Notes under the pieces: model-generated | What the model saw: the letters and a program-made list of their open reading frames with translations, nothing else | What the model was told of the DNA's origin: nothing | Databases searched by the model: none | Program-made: the position numbers and the translations under genes | Shown here: positions 50,101 to 58,300 of the stretch, in pieces | How the letters are laid out: every line of letters starts with the position of its first letter | Position numbering within the stretch: position 1 is the first letter of the stretch | DNA from: a virus | IMG/VR virus record: IMGVR_UViG_3300025438_000010 | Location: 1 to 64,000 of that record | Reading direction: 5' to 3' (one strand) | Length of the DNA: 64,000 nt

Positions 50101-53100
50101 GGAGACAGGGACACCCGAAGAGGCTGCTCAGGAGCAATTAGACCAAGTTGTCAACACGGAAGGTCGTCGTGGTCTTTTTTACACAGACGCTGCGAGTATT
50201 CAAGAAAAAGATATTGTCTTTACAGAAAGCGGTGTTGGGACTGTCATAAAGAGGCGGGACCTTGAAGACGGGTCCATTGAATTGACTGTTACGTCTTCGC
50301 GTGCTGTCCTTGATGCAGATGGTAACGAAGTAGATCTTCTTACCTCCTACAATAAACTGTCCTCCCAGCCCGATGATGAAATACTTCTTCTTCAACGACC
50401 CGCCAAGGACAATGCCCCTCTCCCCCAGAAAGCTCGCAGTATTGGGTCCTCTGAGATTTCTGACTCTGATTATAACGAATTTGAAGGATTCACTGGGCCA
50501 GAAATTGTTGATGAAGAGGATAACGAAATTGAGCCTCCCCCCGTCCTTAACATGGCAGTCCCGGGAACTTCTCCAGCAGAGGACGTAAATGCTACCCCAG
50601 AGCAGGCAGCCATTATGGATGCTATCGCAGAGGGAGTTAAACGCGTTAAGGTTCTAGCATTTGCTGGAAGCGGTAAGACCACCAGTCTTAAGATGGCTGC
50701 TAAGTCAATTCTTAAAAAGAACCCTAAAGCCAAGATTCTTATGGTTATGTTTAATGTCTCTTTGAAGGAAGAGACCTCTGCAAAAATGCCAAAAGGCGTC
50801 GAGGTTCGTACCTCTGGATCACTTGCTTTCCAGGCCTTAGACCCCCAGCTTAAAAACAAACTGAGTAACCAGGCAAATACAGCCAAGTTCCCCGACATGG
50901 CCGTTTCCCTCCGGCAGGAAACTAAAAAGCTCGGCATCCAGGGTCCTCGTAAGCTTACGGTTGATGGCTCAGAAGAAGAATTCAGTGCCACTAGAGTAGC
51001 TCGGGAAGTTAAGAGAGCTGCTATTAAATTTTCATACAGCTCAGATGATAGAGTTACTGCTGAGCACTTTGGTGATAAATTTGATGAGGTTCCAGCCGAG
51101 CTGATTAATTTAGCGCAGAATTACTTTGACATGGCTGTATCGCCAAATGGTGATATTAAGCTAGAGAATCACCACATTGTAAAGCTTTGGTCAATGTCCA
51201 ACCCCGATCTGACAAAGTTTGGCTCTGGTGTCTGGAACACCGGAGCTCAGTATCTCTTTTTTGATGAGGCGCAAGACATCAACCCAGCCGTGGAAAAAGT
51301 TATCACCAACCAGAAAAACTTTGAGTCTATGGTCTGGGTCGGGGATAGCCGACAGGCTATTTATCAATTTATGGGTGCTGTAGATGCAATCAAGAGGTTC
51401 TCTGCCGACCGTGTGCTGGCACTCACACAGTCGTTCCGCTTCGGGGAAAAAATTGCTGGGATTGCGAATCGTGTGCTCAGTCTTATCGGTGAGCCAAGAC
51501 GCATTAAAGGCTCCGGCCCGAGCGGTGAGATTATCGATGGCATGTCTGATCCGACCATTGTTATCAGTCGAACTAACCCTGGTGGCTTGGCCAAGTTGGC
51601 TCAGTTTATTGAAGAAGGAAAAGCTGTCGCCATAGACGAAGACGCACTCATGGAGTACACATCTCTGCTCGACGGTATTGCTTTCCTCAGAGCACGCACT
51701 AACAATCCGGGACTAGAGCGCCCCGCCACACTGCACCCGCAACTTGTTGCATATGACGACTATAGCCAACTCCTTGAGGAGAAAAAAGAGGGAATGCTTG
51801 GCGGAGGTGCTTCTGCAATGCTCAACATTTTGCAGAAGTTCCAAGAGTCTCCTAACGACATCGGAGCTGTGCGTGATCTCATAAATCAGTTCTCCGTGGT
51901 TCGAGACATCCCCACTGCAAAGCGTAGTGAAGACTATAAAGCTCTTGATTACGACGACATTGAGCCCGGAAGTATTGTCCAGGTCAACGCGGAGTCCGAG
52001 CAGGCTCGCAGGGGGAACTCCGCAGCTTACGCCTGGGTGGGAGACGACGGCACAGTTTTTGCCCGAGCTTTTGGATTCAACCGAGGTCAAGGAGCTGCTC
52101 AAGAGCGCAAAGCTATGCATGCTTACTTTAAGTCTCTAGGGTTTAAATGGGACCCAGAGGCAAGCATCCCCGACTCCTTGCGCCAGATAAAAAACTCTAA
52201 CGGTAAGTCTATGCAGACTCCGCCCGAGGGGCAGGGTGGAGCATATGTTATGCCCGCCGGGTCTCCCACAAATCTGGACGAAAACGGTCGCTGGATGCTC
52301 GCCAATCAAATTAAAAAATACGCTAATAACTACTTCCAAACTCCAGAAACTCCCATCTCGTTTACCACTGCCCACAGGGCAAAAGGCCGTGAGTGGGATC
52401 AAGTTCTAATTGCCGGGGACTTCCCAAAGCCAGATATGGACGAAGAAAGCCTTGAATGGAAGCTTCCCGATGAGGAGGAGCTAAACCTTATTTACGTAGC
52501 AGTCACTCGAGCAATTAAAGGCTTAGATCTTGGCTCCCTGAGTTGGGTGCTGGAGGAGACCACGGACGACGACGCCGCGTATCGTCAGCCAAGTGCTGAA
52601 GAGAGCGTCTTGAACATGGCTATTCCTACTAAAAAAGTCAGCAAAGTTGAATTTGTTGAAATGGTAGATGAAGCCGATCAAGCCTTGGCTGCCCAAACCC
52701 AGCGGGTTCTGGATGAGATTAAAACAGCAATTGCGGACGGGGAAACCCCCCCGTGGGTCGCCCCATGGCAGGCAACAACCAGAAATCAAAATACTACTCC
52801 GGGTCGTCTTCCTATAAGTGTTACTACCGGTAACGCCTACTCGGGAAGCAATCTTCTTTATCTGCAGGCAGTAGCTAAGAACAACGGTTGGTCAGATAAC
52901 CGCTGGGCCACCCAGGGCGAAATAGATAAGCGCGGGGGCAAAGTAAAAGCAGGTGAGCTCCCCACTAGGATGACTGCTTGGTTGCCCAACTACACCACAA
53001 TTTTAGATGACGAAGGCAACGAACTTGAGACCATTTATTCGGTAAGCCCTCAAGATCACTTTGTATATAACGTTGAGCAAGTAGACGGTCTAAGCAACCT

Positions 53101-54781
53101 TGGAAATACCCCTAGTGCCGCATCTCTTACCCCTTCAGAAGCAGAAAATGCTATGTTGGCTTCCTACGTAGACGCACCCTCTATTGTTAACCAAGAATCC
53201 AGCCCCGAAGACGTCGAAAGCGGCCGGGCTGCCGCTAACTACCAGCTAACCACGGACACCATCTCTCTGCCTCTCAGGGAAAACTTTCCTTCTAATGAGA
53301 AATATTTTGAAGCACTCGCCCATGAACTTATTCACTCAACAGGCGCGACTCAGCGACTCAATAGGGAAAGTGTTGCCTTCCCCGGAGGGGTGAGTGCCTA
53401 CTCCGCTGAGCAGTATGACGAAATGAGAGTCGAGGAAGAGTTTATTGCTCAGATTGGTACAGCTATTCTGGCCTCCCGGTTAGGGGTTAGCCTAGATATT
53501 CCAAACTTGGCTTCTTACATGAAAGCCTGGCAAGATGTGTACAGTGACGACCCAGACCGCCTTGTGCGAGCAGCCAGAAAAGCTCAGGATGCTGCTGATT
53601 ACATTCTTCGAGGCGGTGGCGGAGGCTCCGCGTCAGCCCCTGAGGCCGCCCCGCTAGATGATTTTCTTGTCTCCTCTACTGGCTGGCAGCTAGCCGTTCC
53701 CACAGAGCGTTTTAACATGGCTATCCCGTCGGAAGACACAACTCCGGAAAAACTAAAGAGTGAAGTTTCCGAAACTAAGACTAAAGCTCAAGAAATTTCT
53801 GAAAAAGTGACCAACATGGTTGTACAGGCCATTGAAGATGGAAAGGAGCTTCCATGGAACAAGCCGTGGACAAGCGACAACATTTTCTCGATGCCCTACA
53901 GCGTGACCTCAAATAAGCCCTACCGAGGATCTAACATTGTTTCCTTGTGGGTAGCGGCGGCAGTAAACGACTGGGAAGATAATCGCTGGATTACTTTCAA
54001 CGAAGCCAAAAAGCGTGGTGGGTCCGTCAAAAAGGGCTCCAAAGGCACTCAAATTGTTAACTGGAGCCCAGTCAAGAAGAACGTAGAACAGCCAGACGGA
54101 AGCATGAAAGAGGAAGTAGCCTTTATGCGGCCCTCAGTCTACACTGTGTTCAACGTGGAGCAGACAGAGGGTGTGCAAGACCTCCCCGAGCCCGAGTTGA
54201 TGGAGCCAGTGCCGATTCTAGAGGCAGAAACTGCTGTCCTCGATCGGTACAAAGATGCGCCTCCTATTAGCAATAAGCTTCAAGATGCCGCCTTCTGGCG
54301 TCCCTCAACAGACGAAATTGTTATGCCGCTTCGGGAACAATTTAGTGATGTAGGAGAGTACATCGCTACCCTATTTCACGAACTTACCCACAGTACCGGG
54401 CACAAGAATCGGCTAGACCGTAGTGACCTTGGCGATAAGTATTCAACACACCTTGATGCTCGAGGAGAGGAGGAGCTTGTTGCCGAAATAGGCTCTGCTA
54501 TTCTTGCCGCCCGCATGGGAATAGAGCTAGACCTCACTCGAACAGCTGGTTACGCACAGTCCTGGTTGCGCCCTTTGAAGAATGATCCCGACATGATAAC
54601 CAAGGCAGCTCAGAAGGCGCAGGCTGCAGTAGACTACATTCTCGGAGACTCCCCCTACCGGGGAGAATCCGGTCGGACTGGTGAGGAGCGTGCAGCGGAC
54701 CTAGAGGCCCCTGAAGCAAATGCCGAGCCCACTGCCCCAAACCTAGGAGAGCAGGGAGTACCTGGAGATAGCAATGATTGA
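41198..54781 (+). CDS. 4527-aa polyvalent protein: repeats, DEDDh exonuclease, SF1 (UvrD-like) helicase, 2x ArdC-N/zincin
   Basis: LDFES/FNADFD/HNAEID; AGSGKTT/DEAQD/GDSRQAIY/SFRFG/HRAKG/YVAVTRA; PWxxPW, YxGxN, HELxHSTG, EExxAxxG twice. Confidence 0.9.
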   Translation: MSDNIPVSPLNYHGSFEDENNQIIDAALEFAHDANQGYTGTRVATDGVVLDVARRTLRELDNHPFSVRKHLTLTDVSHFIVLLQKDKAVTASVQHTDLLPVAHPRSSAEHELSNQDLFAAKARWIADDPSIKDEETRAMVASMLTAPEGSAEREYYATRLENSPQGAIPVRALIAAFTGGLGANKGYWMRQRRDRKGRFAFEGGGLSVLVKGSTGAVRRLTGRTVGPGVGEKNDYFDMEVSPGSLVRVPASATESSKAYLPSPNAPDGYSPQKARVQAGDPVIDEKDLIRPDAPSGFNKVADGADVDSPEEKEYYGEDADFGTVYEDENYTVRQFDSGSSPVARDNFNLAQEAEQSCGLTAAGEGDNCPIKTSGAGENGSFDPEKPVLFVSRTDDASNPDIFAASQSWADTLDYIRQDEPRYEAEDRPAPYIKLGDPSRRDNLDPTRREEGPRGPDNRRVDPHGFIIPDKPGLIDGGGRVRPDGTRELLEGRRPDSYPMRIPLPGPWNPRIPGTGRRPRPGGGRAPGGGGRSPGTGRRWGSNGPNEGHAPYPIPGRRVYPGEIADMRVGSEMEQYLGGFLSTLFGTAKKRQLRKTGADEWVDLETGETYTNDQVSEMAATSGKDSSPFTGLATGPEVRPGTFTKMMSGSLFSELPTGSELNDHLRLFNVMTQFRKVGYNQWRRWDGKIFTDAEVQKKSGTMQIDRVGEFGPGRPPGGEVSGESSKPRLPRGPLTPEELAELRPGSLISIPGEDDQPPRFFVKVGENDWREIDPENFTSDPAVSFTDEDILNMGKDITLEKEPEAYEQGQLGMRPSDLSPEALENLPEGTVVGTSDEEIDNLNIPRQPYATEEAYQAALEEAKEFYRRNRWRKRGPNEWVNDFGEFATDADIADGKKTPGLIISLGDEVSTPEGYYDLNREELYTPTGGAEGQTSPDFTDDPAELAQRFSEEELQAALKEALENPNGFGYLEFAEGDEPVPAEALYYALVRKLGVDVADKFVSVVYGEGRAFDAETELAREFPDILSDDPGKRQAALIEAWNTQWGRSKFALDRDGNFTVTGKDNDSIATQYLLDKIRAEEWGQEFLNDFQEEYGEVLNDRTKAAIKDLFKAYPGLESSDPKEREAAVLRALDDLISDDEYVADEDGNIVEVSPKTALTKLLWDMAQEFIGGTSAPTGRKEEGNLPSVIEGASEEEKAEFDKTGDPTPFLPKDNPESFENVWNNYYNPLPEPYDPKDGPDQINPVNLARKFTPDQLKEQLREAILDGSGYGVVAFEGPSGEPIEFRVPAEALRDALQLQGEDANAFIQDIFNENLSPAKQVQKLIDEIADLKARRDAETNSTEKGKLTRQINKKTAEIGMRYKAIVALKKREAQLDRLSKQSSLSDEERQQVLDKLEQVRARREQEEGIFNGDLEQGESMTPFEENVDAELEKFDFEQASTRTPVEPPAAESPETVEKDKPKPVVSYKRVGNKVFIRQRTGRVITNNPEFKEFIKENGFVYDSKVDKVFEISEMDDTEFNEFMRTVRDRFGISLEPEKGQEAIDFDASPSPTPRPVPSPAEFGKSPNSASIIESLQRRIADIQEFVRKKVVPLLRSDKSDESRQGQQLNRRAENITRKLKNRISRHQDEAPVGKDARDPRVLNIRPTDYQVGDVFVDDLFTVDRIEVSEPITDRQSPYFGEREIVYFGHYPGGVEQMKKRPENFRTDGVYRGLGSPAGGDLPALNSPKGEEYLPEAARNQPRGNLEQIEREPLDGRERRNLYGPKQRDFPEEHDKFLRDYEKYEADLAERRASWSPPAPSGETRPTTTSEGQGAPTPGPRPKIVTGSDEAQNLKPGDITYRENPDGSLEFFVVQTVENRKVKTGTKTVTQEAPEAPQVVDTETAQSALDEAVRRYPELGEDDPARRKRAYAKLIGEFYAEAQQAGEARKEGKDYVPLEGPLGERFGWLLSQRERVVAGEPLSVEEVVPGEPREIEEDVFEEKTFVTGYHPGHEIQEKSWSPQTTINYVRGETGLPPAGDKPAVPGKTDIYASTSNKAERARLLAERESTLSESSKLYALDSAAKVNAVPSKVKNPNSFVMIGKFVPAFFGKKILDLVRGKTGKEIKEELKSKRVVFLDFESVGKGFDRRNPDAPIQVAAVVYENGQETGRKVLFINPGERLGGYYYEAYPKKDQDAAPGDVTPGKLPDGSRVGQIVGDELITYTRQGARWVNDANSEDVLNTTQLKTRSSETLKLNEEGQPTLRGNRLRDSDGNPITDEFLSSQKGLEESFRELIDFIGEDAYLSAFNADFDINLLDSFAERLGLDFRSDGFIDPLALARALNPDDSVPNNLPSVATRYGIIRDPDDWHNAEIDVEVLPDLLDKMLDEVTPDNSVLDADKRAAEYENGIRRYFEQLDQWEAQEGITPRSPAPVEAQEEPTPTPTPTPAPAPAPQGEDTSSDQEIDAMGIGANPRSIFGDTINEEWIADEENTIVVANSASNVRDLRIGDFFGDQNGEYNELLVVETDPITGRETFTYRNVNTGEIFRAFGAPGSQARVGTDQMPLRRRSELDGLSNAEILGLLNNRARRDSLNMAVPEVQFEDGASRAVSKAIDDFINEGRGDASVSDGLPARETSAMHTDKNGFALAVDDLVYNPKTGTTHKVTQTYPTYSKNEYVNYVRISFINSKGQADSKPMASDKLELINPPAQEEALSPLSDVFGEQVVIGGKKEKPRDPILIARTIERLMGYLNPGPGYIRPIGNAIKAAIKAYRNNDFASAERFAGAAVDYADSIEAPKITVEDIKNQVADRARGLAGLIQLPETGPAPREAFAEAVGLYNTGKYAQARRKLDTVEDLLWNEAEEARQSAGRSPQTAVKKFIDGVGELESAIDAPLTREYFARLLRDAQRKDYDFENKEGIIQEALQAIRDGFIIPGYQVLERLARTRERQLDQKNPKRRKLGEESYTQRLTAEINSDVAEKPGSSADELAETGTPEEAAQEQLDQVVNTEGRRGLFYTDAASIQEKDIVFTESGVGTVIKRRDLEDGSIELTVTSSRAVLDADGNEVDLLTSYNKLSSQPDDEILLLQRPAKDNAPLPQKARSIGSSEISDSDYNEFEGFTGPEIVDEEDNEIEPPPVLNMAVPGTSPAEDVNATPEQAAIMDAIAEGVKRVKVLAFAGSGKTTSLKMAAKSILKKNPKAKILMVMFNVSLKEETSAKMPKGVEVRTSGSLAFQALDPQLKNKLSNQANTAKFPDMAVSLRQETKKLGIQGPRKLTVDGSEEEFSATRVAREVKRAAIKFSYSSDDRVTAEHFGDKFDEVPAELINLAQNYFDMAVSPNGDIKLENHHIVKLWSMSNPDLTKFGSGVWNTGAQYLFFDEAQDINPAVEKVITNQKNFESMVWVGDSRQAIYQFMGAVDAIKRFSADRVLALTQSFRFGEKIAGIANRVLSLIGEPRRIKGSGPSGEIIDGMSDPTIVISRTNPGGLAKLAQFIEEGKAVAIDEDALMEYTSLLDGIAFLRARTNNPGLERPATLHPQLVAYDDYSQLLEEKKEGMLGGGASAMLNILQKFQESPNDIGAVRDLINQFSVVRDIPTAKRSEDYKALDYDDIEPGSIVQVNAESEQARRGNSAAYAWVGDDGTVFARAFGFNRGQGAAQERKAMHAYFKSLGFKWDPEASIPDSLRQIKNSNGKSMQTPPEGQGGAYVMPAGSPTNLDENGRWMLANQIKKYANNYFQTPETPISFTTAHRAKGREWDQVLIAGDFPKPDMDEESLEWKLPDEEELNLIYVAVTRAIKGLDLGSLSWVLEETTDDDAAYRQPSAEESVLNMAIPTKKVSKVEFVEMVDEADQALAAQTQRVLDEIKTAIADGETPPWVAPWQATTRNQNTTPGRLPISVTTGNAYSGSNLLYLQAVAKNNGWSDNRWATQGEIDKRGGKVKAGELPTRMTAWLPNYTTILDDEGNELETIYSVSPQDHFVYNVEQVDGLSNLGNTPSAASLTPSEAENAMLASYVDAPSIVNQESSPEDVESGRAAANYQLTTDTISLPLRENFPSNEKYFEALAHELIHSTGATQRLNRESVAFPGGVSAYSAEQYDEMRVEEEFIAQIGTAILASRLGVSLDIPNLASYMKAWQDVYSDDPDRLVRAARKAQDAADYILRGGGGGSASAPEAAPLDDFLVSSTGWQLAVPTERFNMAIPSEDTTPEKLKSEVSETKTKAQEISEKVTNMVVQAIEDGKELPWNKPWTSDNIFSMPYSVTSNKPYRGSNIVSLWVAAAVNDWEDNRWITFNEAKKRGGSVKKGSKGTQIVNWSPVKKNVEQPDGSMKEEVAFMRPSVYTVFNVEQTEGVQDLPEPELMEPVPILEAETAVLDRYKDAPPISNKLQDAAFWRPSTDEIVMPLREQFSDVGEYIATLFHELTHSTGHKNRLDRSDLGDKYSTHLDARGEEELVAEIGSAILAARMGIELDLTRTAGYAQSWLRPLKNDPDMITKAAQKAQAAVDYILGDSPYRGESGRTGEERAADLEAPEANAEPTAPNLGEQGVPGDSND

Positions 54782-55070
54782 AAACTTTCTAGACAAAAAA
54801 TCGGTTGAAGACTACTATTATATTGTGGACAGTGCTTTCTATGACGGAACTGCTGCAGAAGACGTAGAGTCCGATAAAAAGTACGCTGAAGAGAATCCCG
54901 AAAAGGCGGAGGATTTATAATGGATAAAGATAAAACACCCACAATGTGGACTGAAGAGATCCTTGAAAAGTATCTCCGAGTAATCGAGCTAGCCGAAGTA
55001 GACCCAAATGTTCTTCAAGAAAGAGCAGATGCTGTTGTACCCATAGAGTTGCCAGAAGGAGAGAAGCCCC

Positions 55071-55355
55071 GTGAGTGATTCTCCTGAAGAAAAATTAACA
55101 GATCATATGTACATTATTTATGACGCTCCCACGGGTCAAGTCACCCAGGTTAAGTACGAAACAGCTGCGCACGGGCTGTGGACCAGAATTCAAGGGGAGT
55201 GGCGGGAATTAGCTTTAGAAGATGAGAGCGAAGATTTTATGGAGCGCAGAGAAATTGCTGGAAAAAACTACCTAGAAACTCGTGACTATTTTGACGACCA
55301 AACCGAGCAAAAGATACTTACCTACGAGCCAGAGTACAGGATGTGGTTTGCTTAA
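55071..55355 (+). CDS. hypothetical protein
   Basis: 94 aa; AAGGAG upstream. Confidence 0.6.
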   Translation: MSDSPEEKLTDHMYIIYDAPTGQVTQVKYETAAHGLWTRIQGEWRELALEDESEDFMERREIAGKNYLETRDYFDDQTEQKILTYEPEYRMWFA

Positions 55356-58300
55356 TGATTGAGCTCTTAGGGCATAGAGGCAATAGAGTCTTATTCGACG
55401 ATGACGGATATGGCGTCATTATCGACGCCCAAGAAAACACTGTAGTCGAGTACGGAGAGACCGACTCTTTGGTTGCCTCGGCAGACTGGAGCTCCTCTAC
55501 GGAGTCAGGGAATTATGCACTTGCAGAAGAGCTGGCTTCTGCCGCGCTTACTGATTTAGATATAAATGTACTCTCAGCCAATGACCGTATGTACACCATC
55601 CCCGCCGGTGTGAAAGAAGAGGCAAAAAGAGGACTTAAGTGGCGCAAAGAGGAAAGCCGTGGAGGCACTAGCGTTGGCCTGAATACCGCCCGGACTTTGG
55701 CAAAAGGTGGCCAAATTGGGATTAAAAAAGTTAGGCACATTGCTAAATATTTTCCACGGCATGAGGTTGATAAAAAAGGTAAAGGCTACAAGCCCAAAGA
55801 AGACGGGTACCCCAGCAATGGTCGTATTGCATGGGCACTTTGGGGAGGCGACTCCGGTAAGAGCTGGGCCTCAAGGATTGTAGAAAGCGAAGACAAAAAA
55901 AATAAAAAAGGTGTCTCCGCCGGGGGGTATGACCAGAGCCCTAGGGTAGATTTCTCTGCTTTTACAGAAAAAACAGATTTTTATGTACGAATTAGATTAG
56001 ATGGAACCGGCATTGACAGGCTTTATCGCGTTCTGACAGACGGCATGTGCCAAGTTTGGGACGACGGCTGCTGGGACGATATGGGCGATATTTCGTTTGA
56101 CTTTATCACCTATGACAAAGCCCTGGACGACCCCTACGACTCCTGTAAAAAAATTCATGTTCCCGTAGACCTTAAAACAGCTGTAGCCGTTTCTGCTTTG
56201 TTTGACAGTGACCCCTACAGAGCTGTGAAAATAGTAGAAATTGAGCCAGAGGAAACAACCCTATTTGAAAAATCCATGGCTGAGCTTGACTGGGATGTTT
56301 TTGACCAGCTAAGTGATGACCAGCTTGAGGTAGACGACTACTGGGACGACGGTCTTACAGCTTCAGGAACAGCTACTTTTGCAGAAGAAGCTGACAGTAC
56401 CCCGGGTGTCTACACCGAAGAGGAGCGCTCCGAGAACGCCTCGACTCAGGTTAGAGACCGTCTTGGTCGCTTTGCCGAGGTGGGCCAGCGAGTTGTTATT
56501 GGTGGGAACTACAACTACCAGGGAAACATTACAGCACTAGACGGAGCCACAAAGCAGATTAGTGTCGAACTAGACAACGGCACGTCTGTTGATGTGCCGG
56601 GGGACTCTGTGCAGGATGTCTCCACTTTTGAACCAATCCCAGTGTCTAGTCCTACTGCCACTCCTTTGGATTACACAGGAATCCTCGGAGAGCCCAGAGT
56701 TCCCATCGACCAGCCCAATGCCATGCTGCCTGGACGCCTCCCCCCTCTCACCGCAACTGACACAAATCTTCTGGTAAACGACTGGGATTCCTGGGTTGCG
56801 GGGCAGCGGCTAGCCCCTGAATACTCAGGCGACCCCCTCCCTCCTTTTGTTCCCAAAGAGGTTCCTGATATTAATACGGCTATGGGGCGCTACTACGAGG
56901 GAGCATTTAATCCTGACGGATCCACCAAACCTGGTTGGAACCCCGCAGTGGCGCAGAACGTATTTAACGAACCGCTTCTACGCGACTGGCTAGATGAGCG
57001 GTACGCCAACAATTCTGGGGAAATCGGGTACCACAACCGTGGTTGGTATACGCCTCCTGTAACGCCAAGGTCCACGCCTGTTGAGCAAAAAAAGACTCGT
57101 AGTGAGGTATACGACCCCACCAACGTGGCCTACTGGAATGATAGATTTAATCCAGTTAACTTCTCTATTACCGCTGCTGCTGACGATAAGCCCCTAACTC
57201 CCGAAACAAGTGATGTTCCGGTCATGTACCTGGCTATTGTAGCTGACGACGACCCCCAGGCGGTTATGGAGCTTGTAGCGTTGGTGCCTGCGTCAAAAAC
57301 AAGCAACGCTCCTTTCGCGTACAAGCGTGAGCCCGGCAAGTGGGTTGCTGATAACCAGATTATCTCTGATCTTAGAAGTGCAACACCACCCCCCGTAATT
57401 GTCCTTGACAACGAAATGCTTTCAGAAGTCACTGAGCAGATTGATAGTATACAAGCCTCTGTGAAGCTTCCCTACTTTATTGCCCACACAGACAACAAGA
57501 TTATTCGGGCATTAGTAGCCGCCGGTGGAGCTGACCGCAACCGTGGCAACGCTGAAAAGCTTCGCAGGTACTGGACTGTTGGCAAAGGCGGATTGAAAAT
57601 TCGCTGGAACACTCCTGGTGATTGGACTCGGTGTAACCGCCAACTTAAGAAGTACATGGGTCCCCGTGCAAAAGGCTACTGCGCTCTCCGCCACAAAGAG
57701 ATGACAGGTGTCTGGCCTGGAGATAAGAAAAATATTGGTAAGAAAACCAAGAAAGCACTGAAAGCATCTGCTGAACTAGAAACACTTAAATCTGAAGACC
57801 AGATTATTTCTGAATTTACTTTAAGAGCTAAGGCCGAGTCCGCCAGGTCACGAGTTGCTGGGAGGCACGGAGTTTCTCCAACTCTGCACGGCCTTGAGTT
57901 TGTAATCCCCCTCGTCATCCCTGAAAACGTAGAAACGGGGGATGGACGTATATTTAAAAAAGGATCGATCACCCTAAGAAGTCTTCCTCTGCCTCTTCTA
58001 TGGCAGATTAAAACAGGGGACGGCCATGACGGGTCCGTTGTGGTTGGTCAAATTATTTATATGGAAAGAACTAATGAAGGCATAGGAAATGCCTATGGAG
58101 TTTTTGATACAGGACCCTTCGCTAAAGAAGCAGAGCGTTTAGTTCGTCATGGGTTTATTCGTGGGGTTTCTGCGGACATGGATAAATTTGAAACTGTAGA
58201 CGAAATTCTCCCTGAAGACGAAGCCGGAGAGAAGTCAGATGATGACAACGCCGGTAAAATAAATATAAAGAGCGCCCGTGTGATGGCTGTAACTATTGTC

